NCBI GenBank assembly: GCA_043228905.1
Contig: JBHGNT010000772.1
Location: forward strand, 1 to 15,909
Direction: 5' to 3'
DNA length: 15,909 nt
From: Azolla caroliniana
Lineage: Eukaryota > Plantae > Polypodiophyta
Shown one piece after another: positions 9,359 through 15,909 of this stretch. The position numbers were made by a program, and so were the translations under genes. Under the pieces are notes generated by a model, which was not told the origin of the DNA, did not search any database, and saw only the letters and a list, made by a program, of their open reading frames with translations. Every line of letters begins with the position of its first letter. Position 1 is the first letter of the stretch.

Positions 9359-12300
9359 GTATCTCTCCATTTCTTCCCTTTTTCCTTTTGGGTTTACCTC
9401 TTCTTTCCTTTGGCAACAATGGACTTGAATAGCTAAAGCTTCAAGATGGCATTTAGTTTTTCTTCTCTCAAATTTGTGTAAGAAATCTGTCTGTTCACAC
9501 TAGTAGATGCAAACAGACAAAACTAATTTGATTATTTAGCAATGAAGGAAATGATGATCCTTGTCTTACCACTTCCCACCAAAACGGCTGTGCCGATTGA
9601 TTGATGGATTCTGAACCTATTTTCTAACCACTGTTTGCAGATTGTTGCAGTATCGGTCTTCCTGGCATTGGCGTTTTCCTTCTATGTCTTCTTCATCCCT
9701 TTCGTTGTATCCACGGTCCTGAAGATTGCAATTTTTGCCTTGTATTCTCCTACGGTATGTAAAATATTTAGTGCAAACTTTTGTCACAGAACAAAACCCT
9801 TTAGTTTTTCTCTGAAAACACACTTCTCTATTAGGGCAGGCAGGTGTGCATATCTTCACCCATAATTCCAGCTATGCATATGCTTGGTATTGGCAATAAT
9901 GTTTGGACACATGTGATGGATAGTTTCTTTCTTTTTATCAGGTTTCTCTAGTATTTGTGCTGTATGTCTGGTGTGTGGGAGTAAATCCAGCTGATGATGG
10001 ATTGCTCAAAAGTGGTTGCGGTAACAGAAAATCACATTCATGTGGAAACCATCCTGAGCGTAGCCGTGTATTAGATAACTCCAGATCAGCCACATGTCTT
10101 GACATTGAAAACAGAAATGACGAAAGCATGCATAAATCAACCGAGTCACACCAGGAAATTTCGCAGTTTCCGTGTATGATGTTTGTTTTATTTCAAAGAT
10201 GCTTATGCAAATCAAAGCCCAAATCTCCTGTCAGTGAAGATGACATGCTCTACTGCAGTTTATGCAAAGTAGAGGTAAAAGTTTACACATGAGGTTCGCT
10301 TATGTTTTCTGGTCTGGTTCTTTGCATCCTCAAAATGTTTTCTATATTTGTGTCAAGCAGATCTCCGCAGATAGCAAACACTGCAGAATCTGTGATAAGT
10401 GTGTCAGTGGTTTTGATCATCACTGCCGAGTGCGTTCTTCTTGATTTCCAAATGATGACGTTATTATTATTTTTCTCCTCAGGCAACAAAGTTGTGATTC
10501 ATGAATTGCATTATGCAGTGGCTGAATAACTGCATTGGGAAAAAAAACTACAAGGAGTTTGTGGCATTAATGGTTTCAGCAATAGCAATGGTAATTCAGT
10601 ATTTAGTCATTCACAAGTGTTTTCAGTATGTGTGCTAGAACGTAACACTAAATATTGATATCAAATGTTAAGAAAGTTGTACGACATCTTTATCTTGGAT
10701 TCTTTTACAGCTAATTCTACAGTGGTCTGTTGGATTATGGGTAGTGGTGCATTACTTCCTAAGGCTGTCTTATTTCCAACATCTCATCCTATTAAAACTA
10801 GGTAGCAGTTTTTCATCTGTGGCGTACATTATAATACTGGTAAGCATTGCAAGGAAAGTTATTTTATGGGAGTCTCCTACTTTAAAAGTTTGAGTAGATG
10901 AACTGGGTTTTGTTGTAGGCATCCTGCACATTTCTTTCAATGGCAGCAACTTATCCACTTTGTCAACTCTTGTCCTTCCATAGCATACTTATGAGGAAGG
11001 TAAATCTGTGAATTTGCAATATTTGAAATCCTTAGCACAAACTTCCTCCATTCAAGGATGAATCTGTACGGTATCTCAATCATTATATGGCAGGGGATTA
11101 CAACATATGATTACATTGTTGCAATGAGAGAGCAAGATCCTAAAGGAGTAGGTGACATTGTCCATAGTCCTGCTACTTCCCCAATGAGCTCTATTGGAAC
11201 TATTACAAGTGGTGGGAGCTCAATTGGTGGTTTACATGGACGGGCCTGGTGCACACCCCCCCGACTTTTTGTTGATAATGAGGTGAGAGAGAGGGATTGA
11301 GAGAGAAAAGGAGAGATAAAGAAAGAAAGATATATTAACTTCTTTTGGGAGGCCAAAATGGCCTATAAGACCAAACAAAAGATTGCATCTTAAGTGTTGT
11401 CTAGTCGTTGAGAACAGCAAATCAAAATAAAATAAATGTTAGTAAGTAAACTTAAAAGTAAATAAGATATAAGAGACCAAATAATCTTATTATCTGTACA
11501 TGTAAGATTTAAGTCAGATATACTGTGACTTTTGTCTTCGAAAGATCTCTAGCACAGGCTGATCCAGAATGGAGAGGTCTCCAAAGCGAGGGAAGTACCT
11601 CCGATGGTGGGAGATAATGGCCTTAATATGTCGATGACAAGGGTGGTGAGATCATGGTCCATGAGGCTGGGGCCTATGTGCACGACAAGTTGCTATTGCC
11701 TGATCTATTGTAACCCCGTTATTATATCTTGGTTGGAAGCCCCTTTGTGTAGCCCTTGATTGACTTGTAGTAGCATCAGTAGGAGTAATTGGGCTAAAGA
11801 AAGTTGTGATTGTTCTTTGTGGATAAGCTTGTGTAGCTGTACTATTGTCCTTCAACAACTTTTCCTTGTGTCTCTTGAGTTCTAGCAAGAAAAGTCCTAT
11901 GCTCCGTTGGTCCTCATATTCCATTACCTTGCATAGCGGGCCAAAGCCTTGTTTAAAGAGGCAATGGTATCTGCCTCTTATTTCATAAAAGATAGTACAA
12001 TGACAAACATAGTGTTCTTCGGATTCCACTCCTTGTAGACATGACTGCCCAATTCTTTCTTCTGGAGGTATTTGCGCATATCTGCCTACCTGAATCTCTA
12101 GCTGATGTAATAAAGTTCACAGCTGCCCTATCACACTGCACAAAAATAAGCTATTGTATACTCTAAAACTATGCTCATCAATTCTCCTGGATAATTGGTA
12201 TTGAGCTAGAGCGCTCTTATTCGTAGCATATACATCCTTTGTGCATCCATCCTTCACCTCAAAAGCATAGATGTGTGTGTGTGTGTGAGAGAGAGATGGA

Positions 12301-12940
12301 TGTAGCTTAGTTGGTAAGGTTGCCCAATGGAGACCAGGTGGTCATGGGTTCAATCCCTACATTCCACAATGGCATCCAGTGAATTAAGTAAGAGATATAT
12401 ATGAAGTATATAATAGAGAGGCGAGAAAATTGGGTTTCGAACCCAAGATGCAGTGCGTGTACTGTTAACAAACTACGATAAAAGAGAGAGAGAGAGTGAG
12501 TGAGTGAGTGAGTGAGTTTGTTTTCCCAGGAAGATGCTGCATCAGAAAGTCATCTATCAATGAAAGAATGGAACTCAAGGGATAGTAAGAAAAAACCCGT
12601 GAAACTAAACCCATGGAATTTGGCTGCTTTAAATAAAGACGAGGTTTTACGTCTTTCAAGCATTGCCAAGAAAAATTCATCTATACTGAGACCAGTTTCT
12701 TCCAATCCAAAAGTGGTTTTGGAGGGTGTAAACATGAGTAGGCAGCCATATTCAAATAGGAGTAAAGGATCCTCGGAGGGAGTTGTCAACCATGATGATT
12801 TTGCAGTGAATGAGCGTGGTAATCTGCCTGGAGACTCTTCCAATACATCAATTACACATCCAACTACTGGGATTATAAGGAATCTGCCTTCCCAGGTTGA
12901 GACCTTGAGCATGACCGCATTACCAAAGCAGCAGCCATAG
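9317..12940 (+). CDS. PAT22: DHHC-type protein S-acyltransferase (palmitoyltransferase), PAT22-like; join(9317-9358,9641-9754,9942-10274,10361-10429,10519-10590,10711-10839,10919-10999,11094-11282,12530-12940), 479 aa
   Basis: N-terminus [32 protein letters not shown] matches the plant PAT19-22 group, and YHPLQ is PAT22-type. Complete [49 protein letters not shown]. Four hydrophobic TM-like segments. [22 protein letters not shown] and [13 protein letters not shown] motifs. All introns GT-AG with an open spliced frame. Confidence 0.92.
9641..9754 (+). CDS. PAT22: PAT22-like exon 2 ([12 protein letters not shown]...ALYSPT, TM region)
   Basis: CTAAC branch-like motif, TTTGCAG acceptor, GTATGT donor. 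Confidence 0.9.
9942..10274 (+). CDS. PAT22: PAT22-like exon 3 ([11 protein letters not shown]...[13 protein letters not shown])
   Basis: Pyrimidine tract with ATCAG acceptor; GAG/GTAAAA donor; first CxxC of the CRD. Confidence 0.9.
10361..10429 (+). CDS. PAT22: PAT22-like exon 4 ([23 protein letters not shown], catalytic DHHC)
   Basis: AAGCAG acceptor, GTGCGT donor, DHHC motif. Confidence 0.92.
10519..10590 (+). CDS. PAT22: PAT22-like exon 5 ([24 protein letters not shown])
   Basis: ATGCAG acceptor, GTAATT donor, conserved WLNNCIG. Confidence 0.92.
10711..10839 (+). CDS. PAT22: PAT22-like exon 6 ([10 protein letters not shown]...[15 protein letters not shown])
   Basis: TTTTACAG acceptor, GTAAGC donor; LILQW and KLGSSFS are family motifs. 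Confidence 0.9.
10919..10999 (+). CDS. PAT22: PAT22-like exon 7 ([27 protein letters not shown])
   Basis: TTGTAG acceptor, AAG/GTAAAT donor; TM4 PLxQLxxFH motif. Confidence 0.9.
11094..11282 (+). CDS. PAT22: PAT22-like exon 8 ([13 protein letters not shown]...[12 protein letters not shown])
   Basis: GGCAG acceptor, GAG/GTGAGA donor; TTxE-like TTYD motif. Confidence 0.9.
11285..12134 (-). mobile_element. 5'-truncated LINE (3' end of ORF2, 3' UTR and microsatellite tail) in intron 8, antisense to the gene
   Basis: Minus frame [55 protein letters not shown] matches the post-RT motif R..H.L.IE.GR...EER.C..C...E.E.H....C of non-LTR ORF2. ORF continues to 11652. Perfect hairpin AGGCCA-AAA-TGGCCT at 11350-11364, followed on the minus strand by a TCTT/TC-rich tail. 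Confidence 0.75.
12272..12296. repeat. (TG)n(AG)n compound microsatellite
   Basis: Directly visible TG repeats followed by AG repeats. Confidence 0.9.
12297..12366 (+). mobile_element. tRNA-derived SINE head or tRNA pseudogene
   Basis: A box TAGCTTAGTTGG (12303-12314), B box GGTTCAATCCC (12347-12357), and complementary ends TGGATGTAG / CTACATTCCA. No convincing anticodon arm. Confidence 0.7.
12421..12478 (-). mobile_element. Second, more degenerate tRNA-like/SINE head on the opposite strand
   Basis: Minus strand B box GGTTCGAAACCC (12432-12443) inside the perfect hairpin TTGGGTT-TCG-AACCCAA (12430-12446). Weak A-box-like TAGTTTGTTAA (12465-12475). Confidence 0.4.
12483..12517. repeat. (AG)n(GAGT)n microsatellite just upstream of the exon 9 acceptor
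   Basis: AG repeats followed by GAGT repeats, directly visible. Confidence 0.9.
12530..12940 (+). CDS. PAT22: PAT22-like exon 9 (EDAASES...[17 protein letters not shown]...PKQQP*)
   Basis: TTTTCCCAG acceptor in phase with exon 8; conserved PVK(I/L)xPWxLAxLN block; TAG at 12938-12940. Confidence 0.85.
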   Translation, partial: EDAASESHLSMKEWNSRDSKKKPVKLNPWNLAALNKDEVLRLSSIAKKNSSILRPVSSNPKVVLEGVNMSRQPYSNRSKGSSEGVVNHDDFAVNERGNLPGDSSNTSITHPTTGIIRNLPSQVETLSMTALPKQQP

Positions 12941-13177
12941 TTCCATGCCTTCTCCACCACCACTGCCTCAGTATTTGCATCTCCTCCATCCAATATATAA
13001 CTCTACAAAATATGCACTCTTTGGATGTTATGGATGGGTAGTGCATATCGAGAAACCCAAAACTAAATGTATAGGGTTAGGATGAAGTGAGCAGCAGCAA
13101 CAGCAGTAGCTGAAGGTATGAGCAGTAAGTGTCCTTCACAAAATGATGGATGGAGTCTTCAGGCTTATGATCAAAAA

Positions 13178-13458
13178 GAGATTGATGTACACTACTATAC
13201 GCTGCCTCTTGTATGTATATATGTGCATGGAAAAAATAACATGGCCTTCATGTTGGTGGAACTAACATTTCTTGCATCATGCCTAAATTTTATCCAAAAC
13301 ACATTTGAGAAAGAAATGAGATTGATGTACGCTACTATACACTGCCCCTTGTATGTATATATGTACATGGAAAAAATAACATGGCGTTCTTGTTGGTGGA
13401 ACTAACATTTGTTGCATTCATGTCTAAATTTTATCCAAAACACATTTGAGAAAGAAAT
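13178..13458. repeat. Tandem duplication, 2 x about 140 bp, downstream of the PAT stop
   Basis: Units 13178-13317 and 13318-13458 (GAGATTGATGTAC...TTTGAGAAAGAAAT). I count 8 substitutions and one 1-bp indel. Confidence 0.95.
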
Positions 13459-13784
13459 CTCTGGTGTATCCTCTCAAAATTAAACAAAGAGTACAACAAA
13501 CTAACATGAAGATCATGTTTCATACAAATTGTGGAGATACTGAGAATTCAAAATACATAGGAGAAGCCTGCAATGTGAAATTATGTTGTAAATTGAAAAT
13601 AACTTTGTTTTTGAGGTGTTGTGTTCAAAATCTTTAGAAGTGGTGATCCACTACTTGTATACAATTAGGGGAGACGCCTTGATAGAGAGTTTTAATAAGG
13701 TGTTGCTTACCATTATCGTTATGTGATATGCCATTCCATACAACTTCAAATGCAAATGACATGAGAAAAAGAAAGGTGATGGGG

Positions 13785-14464
13785 TGTTAGTTTATGGTAG
13801 TAGCCTTGATAATTAGCACAACTCTTTGTTGAACCTCTTAAAGATGTGGTTTAGTTTGTATATAGTACTTCAAAGTCTAGAAACCTCAAGATTCTAGTTG
13901 AAGAGACCACTAAAGTTGGAGTATATACATTTACTATATCATGGATGGAGATCTCTAATCTCGGTGTTGCGAGATTTTCATGTTTGTTCTAAGGCAAATA
14001 AATCAACATCTATTCACACTATTATGGATTGACTAGAGGCTCAAGAGTAGGGAAATTTGAGGCAAAGTTATGTCAAGGGATGTATGCAAATGGATTAAGG
14101 AAGATGAATATAGTCATACATTTCAATTGGTAGGTTACTTGGAATAGATTGGATCGAATGTATATCATGCATACTGAAGGGTTTTTATTGTTGAACTAAA
14201 AGTCCTAGTCCATCCATTTGTCTCTTTAGTGTGAACACTCCTCTTTGGAGTTAGGGTTTACTTACCCTATGCATAAATAAGAGGAACTCAGTCTTGTAAC
14301 GATGTTTGGTTGGATTTGAATAAAATTGTCTCTCTTGCAGAAATTTTGTAACTATCTTTCACTCTCATTCTCTGTACATCTTGCTTTGACAATACATCTT
14401 GCTTGTTCCTACCAACAAGATCCATAAACTTATTCCACATAAGTCGACCAAGGCACAATACACA
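13785..14464 (+). mobile_element. Probable 5' LTR of copia element C (5' boundary uncertain)
   Basis: Ends ...AATACACA 2 bp before a PBS. Internal CATAAATAAGAGG near 14272 is TATA-like. Candidate TG starts at 13785, 13827 or 13845. Confidence 0.5.
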
Positions 14465-14466
14465 AG

Positions 14467-14478
14467 TGGTATTAGAGT
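14467..14478 (+). other. Degenerate tRNA-iMet PBS of element C
   Basis: TGGTATTAGAGT, which is TGGTATCAGAGC with two C>T changes. Confidence 0.8.
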
Positions 14479-14563
14479 GATCTTGGAACCTACCTAAGCA
14501 ACATCAATACAAGAAGAATCTTGAAGGAAACGACCATGCTAGCAAACACCGCCAAAAGGAACT

Positions 14564-14843
14564 ATGGCTTCAACATCCAACACAGGATGTGAAATTAGAA
14601 AGTTCAATGGCAAAAAGTTTGCCCTTTGGAAGGAAATGACATAGGATGTGTTGATCATCACACAAGCTAGCATCAATGGGAGCAGAGATATGGCGATCAC
14701 TCGATGAAATACTGAGGTTGACCATCCGAATGCACTTGGTCGAAAATGTTTACTCCAACATGACTAAAGAGACGACAACCTTCACCCTATGGGAGAAATT
14801 ACAATTGGTCTATGAAAAGAAGTTGAGCTTGTCAAAACACATC
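14564..14843 (+). mobile_element. Copia gag N-terminal fragment (Tnt1/Tork-like), pseudogenised and interrupted
   Basis: MASTSNTGCEI(frameshift)KFNGKKFALWKEMT*DVLI...WRSLDEILRLTIRMHLVENVYSNMTKETTTFTLWEKLQLVYEKK resembles Tnt1-type gag (KFNG..F..W; W..LDE.A...IRLHL...W..L...Y). Confidence 0.85.
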
Positions 14844-14989
14844 TTTTTTTTCCTTGAAAGACTTTCGTCAATAGTATTAGAAAATGTTTGAAGACTACAA
14901 ATTGAAGTTATTTGCCCAGAGGCTTACAATGTAGAATAAAAGACAATGTATGTACACCAAAACCTGTACATTCAAATACATTGCCATGA
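14844..14989 (-). mobile_element. Poly(A)-tailed retroposed 3' end (L1-type LINE 3' UTR or retrocopy fragment)
   Basis: T8 run at 14844-14851 exactly where gag homology stops. The minus strand is a U-rich, TGTA-rich 3'-UTR-like stretch ending CTAATACT...TTTCAAGGAAAAAAAA. Confidence 0.55.
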
Positions 14990-15264
14990 TGTACTAATAT
15001 AGTGAGTGGTAGAGAGGCCTCTGTTTTGCGAGGGGGATCTCTGTGTGTGTGCATGGAGAGCTCGAGCTCTTTTGTCGGCCGAGTCCAGTTGTATTTCCAC
15101 TATCCCAAGTTAGTCGATCATTGGCTTTTATCCAGATCTCTTGTGTCATTGAGCATTTTCTCTGTTTATTTATGCTTATGTCTCTGTCCCCTCCGCTTGC
15201 GAGGTTAACTAGAGTCTTTGAGCCCGCACGCCCATCTTTCGGTGTACGGGAGCGGGTTAATACA
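14990..15264 (+). mobile_element. Candidate LTR (275 bp) of gypsy-like element D
   Basis: Termini TGTACTAA ... TTAATACA form a 7/8 inverted repeat. Composition shifts to GC-richer sequence, and it lies upstream of a gag-like ORF. Confidence 0.45.
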
Positions 15265-15583
15265 ATCCACGTGTTAGAGGCCATGAGCTCCCCATCCGGC
15301 CTCTAGCGAGTGATCTGGATTGCATACATGTCTGGATACTTGTCCGTGCAGCGCTTTGGCGAAGTCATCTGGAAGCAATCTGGATAGCCATCTCTCCCCT
15401 TCTCGTTTCTTACTGGCTCCTTGGTTCAAGACCCCGATGGTCCCATCCCGAATCCTACACATACATGTGAATTTCCATGACATCTTTGGTGAACCCGACA
15501 TGAAGAGGGGCGGGGAAGGAGTTTGAAGATGTGGTGGAGTGAACCAGTAGAGGTGATGGCGGTGGCTGTCGACTGCCTGGTGA

Positions 15584-15909
15584 ACGCTCAAGAGGGCCAT
15601 TGAGTCGATAGTCGGCACAATTGGACGATTCAATGGAAAAGACGCAACGAGCAACTTGGATGCCTACAGGTCCGAAATGATAATGATGGATATCTTGGAG
15701 GACAGACGACTAGCCAGATTCCCTCGGGTTATTACGCCGAGCATCCACGCTGAGGTGCTCGAGGTGCAAGTGAACTGTCGTAATTGGTCGGATTTCGAGG
15801 AACAACTCCTCGAGAGATACGACTTTGACGAGTCGCACTGGTTGTCGAAGAAAGAGTTTATAGATTGGGCTGAGAGCCCTAACAAAGCACAGAATACATC
15901 GGTGCTTCT
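15584..15909 (+). mobile_element. Ty3/gypsy-like gag ORF, open to the window edge (absent from the ORF track because it has no stop)
   Basis: TLKRAIESIVGTIGRFNGKDATSNLDAYRSEMIMMDILEDRRLARFPRVITPSIHAEVLEVQVNCRNWSDFEEQLLERYDFDESHWLSKKEFIDWAESPNKAQNTSVL. FNGKD..L..Y and W.DF...L..RY fit retrotransposon capsid motifs. Probable frameshift near 15583. No pol in view, so the superfamily is inferred. Confidence 0.7.

Noticed and set aside
9165-9419. 84-aa minus-strand ORF with CVCTCVCAC
   Set aside because: Produced by the CA-repeat tract upstream of the ATG and the pyrimidine-rich start of intron 1.
12297-12366. Functional tRNA gene
   Set aside because: A and B boxes are present, but I cannot fold a proper anticodon stem-loop and there is no oligo-T terminator. 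Treated as SINE or pseudogene.
12550-12993. 147-aa minus-strand ORF
   Set aside because: Antisense to PAT exon 9, which carries the conserved family motif. No recognisable features.
13118-13405. 95-aa ORF with an internal repeat
   Set aside because: Arises from the 140-bp tandem duplication, whose unit length is not a multiple of 3, so the copies read in different frames.
15185-15330. Hammerhead ribozyme/retrozyme in the structured LTR region
   Set aside because: No CUGANGA...GAAA catalytic core seen in this segment.
14994-15885. Minus-strand ORFs as L1 ORF2 belonging to the poly(A) tail at 14844
   Set aside because: No RT, RNase H or zinc-finger motifs. The coding signal here is the plus-strand gag-like frame from 15584.

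Overview
Land-plant genomic DNA (the transposon types suggest a non-seed plant such as a fern; inference only). The window holds one apparently intact host gene, a 9-exon DHHC protein S-acyltransferase of the PAT22 type (CDS 9317-12940, + strand, 479 aa as I splice it, all 8 introns GT-AG and phase 0), surrounded by decayed retrotransposons. Left (about 61-8096): two related Ty1/copia elements facing each other, each with 5' LTR and tRNA-iMet PBS but no 3' end, joined by a 270-bp gag fragment from a third copy. Intron 8 of the gene holds an antisense, apparently non-L1 LINE 3' end and one or two tRNA-derived SINE-like heads. Downstream lie a 140-bp tandem duplication and a stack of a Tnt1/Tork-like copia LTR-PBS-gag, a poly(A)-tailed retroposed fragment and a Ty3/gypsy-like LTR plus gag running off the window. 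I cannot demonstrate a new biological system. The most intriguing signal is an upstream ATG at the PAT gene that gives either a 74-aa Cys-rich overlapping ORF or, with a tandem acceptor 10 nt downstream, an in-frame enzyme with a different N-terminus.
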